From: Vicinamibacteria bacterium
GTDB taxonomy: Bacteria; Acidobacteriota; Vicinamibacteria; Marinacidobacterales; Marinacidobacteraceae
Assembly (NCBI GenBank): GCA_964291235.2
Contig: OZ219816.1
Coordinates: forward strand, 1,888,001 to 1,952,000
Length of the DNA stretch: 64,000 nucleotides
Direction of reading: 5' to 3'
Below are positions 10,020 to 18,537 of the stretch, one piece after another. The notes below the pieces were generated by a model. The model saw only the letters and a program-made list of their open reading frames with translations. It ran no database searches and was not told the DNA's origin. A program made the translations under genes and the position numbers. Each line of letters starts with the position of its first letter. The stretch's first letter is position 1.

Positions 10020-10325
10020 CTAACCCTTGAGCTCCGCGGCGTCGTCGAGGTTCACGTGCTTCACCACCCGGTAGAGCGACATGACGATGGCGAGGGCGAC
10101 CGCCGCCTCGCAGGCGGCGATGACGATCACCAGCAACGCGAAGACCTGCCCGCCGAGCGCCCCCTCCACGAACCGTGAGAAGGCGACCAGATTGATGTTG
10201 GCCGAGTTGAAGATCAACTCGATGGACATCAGGACATTCACCGCGTTCCGCCGGGTGAGCACCCCGAAGACGCCCAGCGAGAAGAGCGCCGCGGAGATGT
10301 AGAGGTAGTGCTCCAGGGGGATCAT
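10020..10325 (-). CDS. nuoK: NADH-quinone oxidoreductase subunit K
   Basis: LMSIELIFNSANIN, AACEAAVALAI. Confidence 0.95.
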   Translation of the reverse strand: MIPLEHYLYISAALFSLGVFGVLTRRNAVNVLMSIELIFNSANINLVAFSRFVEGALGGQVFALLVIVIAACEAAVALAIVMSLYRVVKHVNLDDAAELKG

Positions 10326-10834
10326 GACGAACCACCTCTCCGCCGGCGGACCAGCATGGCCGCGCCCATGAGCGCAATCAGCAAGAGGACCGAGGCGATT
10401 TCGAACGGAAGCAGGTAGTCGCCGACCAGCAGTCGCCCGATGGCTTCGCTCGTGGGTCCGGGATCACCCACGTCCATGGCGCCCCAATCCACCGAACGGA
10501 TGATCCAGACGAGGAGCGCGAAGACGAGTCCCGCGGACAGCGCTCCCGGAACCACCTGGATCGCACCGGAAGAGAGATTCAGGTTGTAGATGCGGTTGGT
10601 CAGCATCACCCCGAACACCATCAGCGTGAGAACGCCGCCCACGTAGATGACCACCTGGGCGCCGGCCAGGAAATCGGCCCCGAGATAGACGTACAGGATC
10701 GCCACTCCGAAGAACGTTCCCATGAGGGCGAAAGCGCAGTGCACGAGGTTCCGGCCGAGGACTACGTAAAAGGCCGACGCGAGCATGAACGCGGCGGTCC
10801 CGTAGAAGATCGCCGCGACCCCGAGGGACTCCAT
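10322..10834 (-). CDS. nuoJ: NADH-quinone oxidoreductase subunit J
   Basis: ADFLAGAQVVIYVGGVLTL, YLLPFEIASVLLL; start at MESLG. Confidence 0.93.
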   Translation of the reverse strand: MESLGVAAIFYGTAAFMLASAFYVVLGRNLVHCAFALMGTFFGVAILYVYLGADFLAGAQVVIYVGGVLTLMVFGVMLTNRIYNLNLSSGAIQVVPGALSAGLVFALLVWIIRSVDWGAMDVGDPGPTSEAIGRLLVGDYLLPFEIASVLLLIALMGAAMLVRRRRGGSS

Positions 10835-10853
10835 CGTCTTCCTTCTCTTCCCG

Positions 10854-11384
10854 TCAGGCGCCGGCCCGTCGAGCCGGCGGAGCGGCGGGCTCCGCGGTCC
10901 GCGGCTCCTTCGCGAACCGGTAGAGGAGGTCTCCCTTCGTCTTCCCGCCGAACTCATAGTTCGGAGTCATCTCGATGCAGTCGGTCGGGCACGGGAAGAC
11001 GCAGAGCTGGCAGTAGCAGCAAAGCGACATGTCGATATCGAACTTCACCACCGTCTGCTTGATGGCCGTCCCGTCGGCCGCAAAGATCGGCGGTGCGTCG
11101 CGGGCCCGCTTCTCGTTGTCGATGTGGATGCAGTCCACCGGGCAGGCGCGTTCGCACTGCTTGCACCCGATGCAGTCCTCGATCTTGACGTGGAGCCGCA
11201 TCCGCGAGCGATCCATCAACGACTCCTTGGGGATGTCGAGCGGCGAACGCCAGCGTTCCTCGGGAAGCTCGTCGGCGGAGTATTGCTGGGTCACGGAACG
11301 CGTGAAAACGTGCCGGAGGGTCACCCCCATCCCGATCAGAACCGTGCTGACGGTTTCCCAGAGGTCAACGAAATACCGCTTCAT
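10854..11384 (-). CDS. nuoI: NADH-quinone oxidoreductase subunit I
   Basis: [12 protein letters not shown] and [12 protein letters not shown] [4Fe-4S] motifs; operon position. Confidence 0.92.
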   Translation of the reverse strand: MKRYFVDLWETVSTVLIGMGVTLRHVFTRSVTQQYSADELPEERWRSPLDIPKESLMDRSRMRLHVKIEDCIGCKQCERACPVDCIHIDNEKRARDAPPIFAADGTAIKQTVVKFDIDMSLCCYCQLCVFPCPTDCIEMTPNYEFGGKTKGDLLYRFAKEPRTAEPAAPPARRAGA

Positions 11385-11385
11385 G

Positions 11386-11610
11386 TCATCCCGCGGAGAA
11401 AGCGCTCCGCGTCGTGGTCAAAACGGGGTTCACACCCGAAGCCGAATGTAGTCCGCATGCGGAGCGCTTTTTCCCCGGGATGATGCCGCGGATCGCTCTG
11501 CGATCCACGACATCCTTCCTCGCGGGGAGGGGAAACCCCTCCCCGCACCCCACCCCCGCGGCGCTGGGCGCCGCGACGGACCGGTAAGACGTTTTGCTCA
11601 CAGGCTGATA
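11386..11610. repeat. Structured intergenic insert between nuoH and nuoI (degenerate MITE-like)
   Basis: Long IR at 11386-11410/11459-11483; hairpin GCGGGGAGGG-GAAA-CCCTCCCCGC; end GTTTTGCTCACAGGCTGATA resembles the 8116-8134 TIR. Confidence 0.5.
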
Positions 11611-11616
11611 TCCCCC

Positions 11617-12768
11617 TCAGAACAGTCCCTTGATCACGGTGGTCGCGATCAGGAGGAAGAACGAGATCGGGATCACGTACTTCCAGCAGACGCCCATCAA
11701 CTGGTCCACCCGGAGCCGCGGAAGGGTCCAGCGGAGCCACATCTGCACCACCACCAGTCCAAACCCCTTGAGGAAGAACAACAAGGGGTTCGACCCGAAG
11801 GGCCCGATCCAGCCCCCAAGGAACAGCAGCGCCGCCAGCATCGAAACCAGCAGCATGTTCCCGTATTCGGCCAGGAAGAAGAACGCGAACCGCATCCCGC
11901 TGTACTCGGTGTGGAAACCGGCCACCAACTCCGACTCCGCTTCCGGGATGTCGAAGGGGGTGCGGTTCGTCTCGGCGAGGCCGCAGATGAAGAACAGGAC
12001 GAAAGCGATCAGGTTGAGCGGGAAGAGCTGGAAGATGAGCCAGTCGCCGACCCCCAGGATTCCTCCCGACTGGGCAGCCACGATGTCGGGGATGTGGAGG
12101 CTCCCGACCTGGGCAACCACCACCAGGATCAGGATCGCCGTCGGGATCTCGTAGCTGACCATCTGGGCAGCGGCGCGCATGCCCCCGTAGAGCGCGTACT
12201 TGTTGTTCGAGCCCCAGCCCGCCATCAGCACCGCGAGCGCCCCCAACGAGGTGATCGCGATGAAGTAGAGAACCCCGATATTCAGGTTGGAGACCGCGAG
12301 GACCACCCCGTCTTCGCGAACTCCCCAGGGAACGACGGCAAAGGCCGCAAACGCACTCGCGATCGCAAGCATCGGGGCCGCCCGGAAGAGAACCCGGTCC
12401 GCATCGCGGGGAATGAGATCTTCCTTGAAGAGCAGCTTCACCCCATCGGCGAAGCTCTGGAGCAGTCCGTGCCAGCCCACCCGCATCGGACCGAGCCGGT
12501 CCTGGACGTGGGCCGCGACCTTCCGCTCGAGCCAGATCGAATAGATGGGATTGAGCGCGAGGATGCCCACAAAGCCAACCGTGCCCAGCAGCACCACCAC
12601 GAGATGCTGCAGGCCGGCCGGCACGAAATCGCCGACCAGTTCGGAAATCATGGCGGCGAGCATGGGGAGCGCCGCGATCGTGCCGAGCACCACGAAAACC
12701 AGCACGATGGGGATCATCGTGAGCGGCCCCATGAGCCGCATCTCGATCTGGCGGAACCGGGTAATCAC
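11617..12768 (-). CDS. nuoH: NADH-quinone oxidoreductase subunit H
   Basis: ERKVAAHVQDRLGP, ADGVKLLFKED, AETNRTPFDIPEAESELVAGFHTEYSG; GTG start overlaps the nuoD TGA (the ORF-track extension to 14208 is spurious). Confidence 0.93.
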   Translation of the reverse strand: MITRFRQIEMRLMGPLTMIPIVLVFVVLGTIAALPMLAAMISELVGDFVPAGLQHLVVVLLGTVGFVGILALNPIYSIWLERKVAAHVQDRLGPMRVGWHGLLQSFADGVKLLFKEDLIPRDADRVLFRAAPMLAIASAFAAFAVVPWGVREDGVVLAVSNLNIGVLYFIAITSLGALAVLMAGWGSNNKYALYGGMRAAAQMVSYEIPTAILILVVVAQVGSLHIPDIVAAQSGGILGVGDWLIFQLFPLNLIAFVLFFICGLAETNRTPFDIPEAESELVAGFHTEYSGMRFAFFFLAEYGNMLLVSMLAALLFLGGWIGPFGSNPLLFFLKGFGLVVVQMWLRWTLPRLRVDQLMGVCWKYVIPISFFLLIATTVIKGLF

Positions 12769-13982
12769 CGGTCGATCTCCCCGAGGACGATGTCCAGACT
12801 GCCGATGATGGCGATGATGTCGGCGATCATCTCGCCGCGGGTGATCTCGTGGAAGAGCCCCATAGCGACGAAACAGGGGGAGCGGCCCTTCACCCGGTAG
12901 GGGATGGGTTTCTTGTTTTCGGCAACGATGTAGAACGCCAACTCGCCCCGGGGCGCCTCGCTCCGGCAGTACGCCTCGCCGGCCAACGGCCGGACGAACC
13001 GCGGCACGTTCTCGTGCACGTCGCCCTCCGACGGCAGCCGGTCGAGCGCCTGGCGGACGATCTTGACACTCTCGTACATCTCGCGTACGCGGACGAAGTA
13101 CCGGTCCCAGCACGAACCGACGGGGCCGTGCGGGCTGTCGGCGACGACGACGTTGAAGTCGTAGTTTTCGTAGCCCAGATAGGGGTCGTCCCGCCGCAGG
13201 TCCCAGTCGATCCCGGAGCCGCGCAGGTTCGGACCGGAGAGCGCGTAGTCCTTCGCCATCTCCGGCGTGATGATCCCGATATCGGCGGTCCGGCGGATGA
13301 AGATCTTGTTGTGGCTGAGGAGCTTGTCCACCTCGTCCAGCACCGGCACGAACTCGTCGAGGAAGCGCCGGCACTTGTCGGTCCAGCCCTCGGGCAGGTC
13401 GTGGGAAACGCCGCCGACCCAGTTGTAGTTGTAGAGCAGGCGGGCGCCGCAGAGCCACTCGAAGAGATCGAGGACCCGCTCGCGCTGCTGGAAACAGAGC
13501 AGGAACGGCGTGAAGGCGCCGATGTCCATCCCGTAGGTGCCCATCGCGAGCAGGTGGCTCGCGATCCGCTGCAGTTCCGCGGTGATCACGCGGATCCCGG
13601 CGACCCGCTCGCCGACTCCGATGCCGAGCAGTTTCTCGACGGTGAGCGCGTACGCCAGGCTGTTCCCCATCGACCCGACGTAGTCCATCCGGTCGGTGAA
13701 GGGGATGACGCCCTGGTAGTCGATGTTCTCGGCGTGCTTTTCGAAATTCCGGTGCAGGTAGCCGATGTGGGGCCGGGAATCCTTGACGATCTCTCCGTCG
13801 GTCTTGAGCTCCACCCGCAGCACGCCGTGCGTGGAGGGGTGCTGGGGCCCCATGTTGAGGATCATCTCGTCCTCTTCGAGGTCCTCGGGAGAGAACGCGT
13901 AGGAGTTGTCGGGCGGCAGTTCCTCGTCGTAGAGGGTGACGGCCGGAGCGCCGTCGAAGCCTGTGGAGCCCGGTTTGTCCAT
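12765..13982 (-). CDS. nuoD: NADH-quinone oxidoreductase subunit D
   Basis: NMGPQHPSTHGVLR, IGYLHR, DRMDY, EAPRGE, SLDIVLGEIDR. Confidence 0.96.
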   Translation of the reverse strand: MDKPGSTGFDGAPAVTLYDEELPPDNSYAFSPEDLEEDEMILNMGPQHPSTHGVLRVELKTDGEIVKDSRPHIGYLHRNFEKHAENIDYQGVIPFTDRMDYVGSMGNSLAYALTVEKLLGIGVGERVAGIRVITAELQRIASHLLAMGTYGMDIGAFTPFLLCFQQRERVLDLFEWLCGARLLYNYNWVGGVSHDLPEGWTDKCRRFLDEFVPVLDEVDKLLSHNKIFIRRTADIGIITPEMAKDYALSGPNLRGSGIDWDLRRDDPYLGYENYDFNVVVADSPHGPVGSCWDRYFVRVREMYESVKIVRQALDRLPSEGDVHENVPRFVRPLAGEAYCRSEAPRGELAFYIVAENKKPIPYRVKGRSPCFVAMGLFHEITRGEMIADIIAIIGSLDIVLGEIDR

Positions 13983-13991
13983 TCCGCTTCC

Positions 13992-14543
13992 TCAGTCGAA
14001 GGGGCCGACGCCCGTCATCTGACCGCTCTCGGCGCGGTCGGTCATCTGGCGCCCCGCCTTCACCGGGATCTTGTGCCAGGTTTCGGGCCACTCCCAGTCG
14101 CGAAGCAGCGGGTGCCCGGGCCAGTCGTTCGGCAACAGGATGCGCCGGAGATCGCTGTGTCCCTCGAAGCGGACACCGAAGAGGTCGTACGCCTCCCGCT
14201 CGTGCCAATTCGCCGTCTTCCAGACATTTTCCAGCGTCGGAAGGCTGGCGCCCTCCCGCTCCACCCGGGTCTTCACGACGATCCAGTGCTTTTTCGTCAT
14301 GGACGTGAGGTGGTACACCATCTCGATAGCGGGCGGATCGTCACCGGGCCAGTCCACGCCGGAAACGCAGTGGAGGGTGTCGAAGTCGAGATCCGGATCC
14401 GCCTTCAGAAACTCCGCGGCTGCGAGCAACCGGTCTCCCGGGAGGCGGATCCACGGATCCTTCGCTTCCGCATCGGACTCGAACGAGCCCTCGGCGAGGC
14501 CGAGCCCTGCCGCCAGGCGCTCGATGATCTCGGCGCCCCTCAC
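13992..14543 (-). CDS. nuoC: NADH-quinone oxidoreductase subunit C
   Basis: [19 protein letters not shown]...RRILLP...GHPLLRD. Confidence 0.95.
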   Translation of the reverse strand: MRGAEIIERLAAGLGLAEGSFESDAEAKDPWIRLPGDRLLAAAEFLKADPDLDFDTLHCVSGVDWPGDDPPAIEMVYHLTSMTKKHWIVVKTRVEREGASLPTLENVWKTANWHEREAYDLFGVRFEGHSDLRRILLPNDWPGHPLLRDWEWPETWHKIPVKAGRQMTDRAESGQMTGVGPFD

Positions 14544-15121
14544 CCGGCAGTCTCCATGACCCGGGGCTCCGGGGGCTGTCTCCCGGCCGACGAACTCTCG
14601 GCGGGCAAGGCAGCTCGCCCCTCACGCGGATCATCGAGAAGCGACCTCTCCCGGATCCGGTCCTGAAGCGCCATGATGCCGTAGAGGAGGGCCTCCGGCC
14701 GCGGCGGACAACCCGGCACATACACGTCCACCGGGATGATCTGGTCCACGCCCTTCACCACGTGGTAGCCATACTGCCAGTAGGGGCCACCGTTGTTGGC
14801 GCAACTGCCCATGGAGATCACGTACTTGGGCTCTGGCATCTGGTCGTAGAGCGTCTTGATCCGGATCGCCATCTTGTGGGTTACGGTGCCGGCGACGATC
14901 ATGCAGTCGGACTGCCGGGGCGTGGCCCGCGGAATCAACCCGAGGCGGTCCCAGTCGAAACGGCTCGCGCCGGTTGCCATCATCTCGATGGCGCAACAGG
15001 CAAGACCGAAGGTCATCGGCCAGATCGCCGACAGCCGCGCCCAGTTGACGATCGCGCTGACGGTCGTGAGCGCTACGTTGTCCCTGCCGAGTCCCTTGCC
15101 GAGGGCGCCGATCAGATCCAC
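14540..15121 (-). CDS. nuoB: NADH-quinone oxidoreductase subunit B
   Basis: [34 protein letters not shown]. Confidence 0.96.
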   Translation of the reverse strand: MDLIGALGKGLGRDNVALTTVSAIVNWARLSAIWPMTFGLACCAIEMMATGASRFDWDRLGLIPRATPRQSDCMIVAGTVTHKMAIRIKTLYDQMPEPKYVISMGSCANNGGPYWQYGYHVVKGVDQIIPVDVYVPGCPPRPEALLYGIMALQDRIRERSLLDDPREGRAALPAESSSAGRQPPEPRVMETAG

Positions 15122-15161
15122 ACGGACTCTCCGTTCAACGGCCCCTCGAACGCCCGGAGCC

Positions 15162-15590
15162 TCAGGCGGCCGCCCCCGAGGTGGAAGAGGCCGATGGGCC
15201 GGAACGAGCCTTGAGCGCCCGCCGGTCTTCCTCGCGGACCCACTCCAGATCGCCCTTCACCCAGACATCGGCGAGCCCGAGAACCAGCATGCCGATAAAG
15301 ATGAGCCCCGCGATCAGCGCTCCCGCGCCGAGATCGAGATAGGCGAGCGCCCAGGGAAGCAGCATGACCGCTTCCACATCAAAAATGAGAAACACCAAGG
15401 CGAAGACGTAGAACCGGATGTTGAATTGCACGCCCCAGGGAGTCCCCACCGGATTTTCGCCACACTCGTAAGGCTGCGACTTGCTGCTGAGCGGCAGCGA
15501 GGGGCGAACCAGCGAGGAGACGAACAGGGTGACGCCCACGAAGAGCACGCCGACCGCGATCGCGACCAGCGGTCCCAGGTATTCGCCCAT
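15162..15590 (-). CDS. nuoA: NADH-quinone oxidoreductase subunit A
   Basis: [20 protein letters not shown]; start at MGEYLG. Confidence 0.93.
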   Translation of the reverse strand: MGEYLGPLVAIAVGVLFVGVTLFVSSLVRPSLPLSSKSQPYECGENPVGTPWGVQFNIRFYVFALVFLIFDVEAVMLLPWALAYLDLGAGALIAGLIFIGMLVLGLADVWVKGDLEWVREEDRRALKARSGPSASSTSGAAA

Positions 15591-15683
15591 GAAATTCGAA
15601 AAATCCGCCGCCTCGACTGTCCGGGCCGCGGAACGCACAGAATTCTAGCGGGCGGCCGGACGGTAGGTAAAGACCAAAACGTC

Positions 15684-15710
15684 GGAGCGCCGACCTCCGG
15701 TCGGCATCGC
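15684..15710 (+). repeat. REP-like palindrome
   Basis: GGAGC-GCCGACC-TCC-GGTCGGC-ATCGC; related copies at 28067, 51409, 51437 and (minus strand) about 25506-25532. Confidence 0.5.
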
Positions 15711-15825
15711 CAGCCGCCCGGCTGGCGAACAAAGGCGCCGCCCACATTCATGTTTTGCCGAGACGTTCCACGCCGCTAACACTACGCCCCAGGGCCTCCA
15801 CCATCCACCACTTTCTGCCGCCGCC

Positions 15826-16530
15826 GTGATCTCCGTCGTAATCCCGACGCTCGACTCCGCCAAAACCGTGGGCGCCGCCATCCGCTCCGCCCCGTTTGGT
15901 GCGGAGGTGATCGTGGCGGACGGGGGCAGCCGCGACGACACCGCCGGAGAGGCGGAGCGCGCCGGCGCCCGGGTCCTGGCGACCGCGCGGGGACGCGCCG
16001 CCCAGTTGAACGGCGGAGCGCACGCCGCAAGCGGCGACATCTTGATGTTCCTCCACGCCGACTGCCGGCTCCCGGAAGATGCCGCCCGGCAGATCGGCGT
16101 GGTACTCGGCCGGCCCGGAGTCACCGGCGGGTGGTTCCCCCTGCGGATCGACGGGGCCGGAGTGCTGCTGCGCCTCGGGGCCCGCGGGTCGAACCGGCGG
16201 GCGCGCTGGCTGGCGCTCCCGTACGGAGATCAAGCGATCTTCACCCGCCGCGACGCTTTCCGGCGGGCCGGCGGGTTCCCCGACCACCCGATCATGGAGG
16301 ACGCCGGCTTCGCACGCCGGCTGCGCCGCCTGGGCCGGCTCGAACCGGCGCGCTCTCCCGTAACTACCGGAACCGAGCACTGGCGGCGTCTCGGACCGGT
16401 GGGGACCGGGCTCCTCGACTACCTGACGCTCGGGGCCTGGCTGGTCGGGGTGCCCCCGGCGTGGATCGCTCGGGTGTACTTCCCGCTCCAGCGGGGATCT
16501 CCTACCGGAGAACCCCCGGAACAAGGCTGA
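15826..16530 (+). CDS. GT2 glycosyltransferase, TIGR04283-like
   Basis: ISVVIPTL, DGGSRD, GRAAQLNGGA, FLHAD, YGDQAIF, PIMED. Confidence 0.85.
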   Translation: MISVVIPTLDSAKTVGAAIRSAPFGAEVIVADGGSRDDTAGEAERAGARVLATARGRAAQLNGGAHAASGDILMFLHADCRLPEDAARQIGVVLGRPGVTGGWFPLRIDGAGVLLRLGARGSNRRARWLALPYGDQAIFTRRDAFRRAGGFPDHPIMEDAGFARRLRRLGRLEPARSPVTTGTEHWRRLGPVGTGLLDYLTLGAWLVGVPPAWIARVYFPLQRGSPTGEPPEQG

Positions 16531-16597
16531 CCCGCCGATCCCGCTCCCGACCTCGGCGGCGTTCGCGGGCGGCGCGGGCTGTCTCTATACTGAGGTC

Positions 16598-16951
16598 GTG
16601 ATGAAGCGATCCGGCAGCCTCCGGCGGAAGCCGCTCGCTGCGGCTGTCCTCGCCGTGGTGCTCGCCTTCGCGGTCGTCTGTCCGCTGATGGCGGCGCCCG
16701 GGATTCCTGCCGAGCAGGGATGCCACACCGGTTCCGAACCGGCTTCGGAAGGCGAACGCATGAACGTCTGCTGTTCCTCGGTCACCGTTCCCAAGCTGCT
16801 CACCCCCGACCCGGGCCCGGCGGCGGTCCTGCCGGCCTCCGTGGAGACCTCCGTAGCGCCTCCCAGGTGGAACCACCAACCGGGTGATCCCCTTCCCCCG
16901 CGCGAGCCGAACCCACCTCTCTTCGTCCAGCACGCCGCCCTGCTGATCTGA
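16598..16951 (+). CDS. Small exported/membrane protein upstream of the heavy-metal RND operon
   Basis: Hydrophobic N-terminus, CH and CC residues, Pro-rich tail ending PPLFVQHAALLI; TATACT 6 nt before the start. Confidence 0.55.
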   Translation: MMKRSGSLRRKPLAAAVLAVVLAFAVVCPLMAAPGIPAEQGCHTGSEPASEGERMNVCCSSVTVPKLLTPDPGPAAVLPASVETSVAPPRWNHQPGDPLPPREPNPPLFVQHAALLI

Positions 16952-17196
16952 GTTTCCGTCCGACGCACGTTCGGCTCCGCTGAGCCGGGCGCTGCCGGAT
17001 CGGGCTCGCGTCTCGCTCGCGCGCCCGGCAGGCGTCGCTCCCGGCCAGTCCCCTGACGACCGGCGGCCTGCGCTCGCGCAGGGTGGTCTTCCGGGCTCGC
17101 CAACCCGGTGACCCGCCGGCGGCCAGCGCCAGCCCGCCCAGCGCGGTCCCGCCCTGGCCCCGACCCGCCGCAGCCTGGCAACGGAATCTCCCAATC

Positions 17197-18537
17197 GTGT
17201 TCTTACGAAGATCCCTCTCCGGCAGCGCAGTGGCGGTCTTGCTGGCCGTCCCCGCTTCCGGAGGAACCCAGCCCGAGGCAGCGCTCGATTCCAGGCCCGA
17301 TTTCTACGCCGCCGAGCCGGAACTGAGGAGTTGCGTGGACAGCGCCATCGAGCGGCACCCCGCTCTGCTCGCATCGCGGGCGAACTACCACGCCGCCCGG
17401 GAACGGGTCCCGCAGGTCACCGCGCTCCCGGACCCGACCCTGAGCGTGAGTCAGGCGGTCCGGCGCGTGGAAACCCGCGTGGGCTCCCAGACCGGCGGCA
17501 TCACCGTGACCCAGTCCCTGCCCTGGTTCGGCGCCCGCGATCTCCGCGGCCGGGTTGCGCTCTCCGAAGCCGACGCCCAGCGCCGCGTTTACCAGGCCGA
17601 GGAGCGTGAAGTCATCGCTCGGATCAAGCGGACTTTCTACGACGTCGCCTACCTCGACGCCGCGCTCCGGCTACTGAACGAAGAGCACTCGCTCGTCGGG
17701 CACTACGAAACCCTGGCGCGGGCGCGCTATTCCACCGGCCAGGGTCTCCAGCAGGCGGTGATCCGGCTGCAGGCGGAACTCACCCGGATCGGCGACCGGC
17801 AGCGACAGCTCACCCGCCAGCGTCGGACGCTCGCCGTGAACCTCAACACGCTCTGCGCCCGGCCCCCGGAGACCGCCGTCCCGCCCATCCCCTCCCTCGA
17901 CCCGCCGGGGATGACCCTGGACCGGGCACATCTGGTGGGCCTGGGAGAGCGGAACCGGCAGGAGATGCTGGCGGCGACGGCACTGATCGAGGCGAGTCAG
18001 GACGCCGTCGAACTGGCCGGGATGAACTTCCGGCCCCGTTTCACCGCGAGCCTCGCGCTCATGAACGTTGCCGGCCGCGACCCGGCGGACGTCCTCGGAC
18101 CGCTCCCTCCGGATGAGGGCAAGAACTCCCTGAGCCTGTCGCTGGGGGTGTCGCTACCGGTGTGGAAGGAGAGCTACCGCGCTGGCGTCGAAGAAGCCGG
18201 GTACCGGCTCACGGCGCATCGAAGGCGTCTCGAAGAAGCCCGGGACGCCATGGAAAGCGCGGTGGAGCACGCCCTGATCCGGGTCGAGACCATCGAGGAA
18301 CAGCTCGCCCTGCTCGACACCGTGCTCGTTCCGCAGAGTGAGGAAACGCTCCACGCCACCGAGACCGCCTACGAAACGGGTCAGGTGGGAGTGCTGGACC
18401 TGCTCGACAGCGAACGCGTGCAACTCGACGTCCTGAGGATGCGGGCCCGCTACCTGTCCGACCTCCTCATTGCACTCGCCGATCTCGAACGTGGCATCGG
18501 CACCCGGGTACCCCTGCCCGCCGGGAGGGCCTCATGA
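17197..18537 (+). CDS. TolC-family outer-membrane efflux protein (CusC-like)
   Basis: ALPDPTL, SLPWFG, AYETGQVGVLDLLDSER; first gene of the RND operon; start uncertain (17083-17197). Confidence 0.88.
   Translation: MFLRRSLSGSAVAVLLAVPASGGTQPEAALDSRPDFYAAEPELRSCVDSAIERHPALLASRANYHAARERVPQVTALPDPTLSVSQAVRRVETRVGSQTGGITVTQSLPWFGARDLRGRVALSEADAQRRVYQAEEREVIARIKRTFYDVAYLDAALRLLNEEHSLVGHYETLARARYSTGQGLQQAVIRLQAELTRIGDRQRQLTRQRRTLAVNLNTLCARPPETAVPPIPSLDPPGMTLDRAHLVGLGERNRQEMLAATALIEASQDAVELAGMNFRPRFTASLALMNVAGRDPADVLGPLPPDEGKNSLSLSLGVSLPVWKESYRAGVEEAGYRLTAHRRRLEEARDAMESAVEHALIRVETIEEQLALLDTVLVPQSEETLHATETAYETGQVGVLDLLDSERVQLDVLRMRARYLSDLLIALADLERGIGTRVPLPAGRAS

Noticed and set aside
11617-14208. 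863-aa ORF suggesting a large NuoH fusion
   Set aside because: The upstream part is an alternative frame over nuoD and nuoC, open because of high GC; NuoH similarity begins only near 12768.
15826-16530. Arsenosugar or rSAM-selenodomain gene cluster
   Set aside because: Only the TIGR04283-like transferase is here; no radical SAM, ArsM or partner transferase is adjacent.
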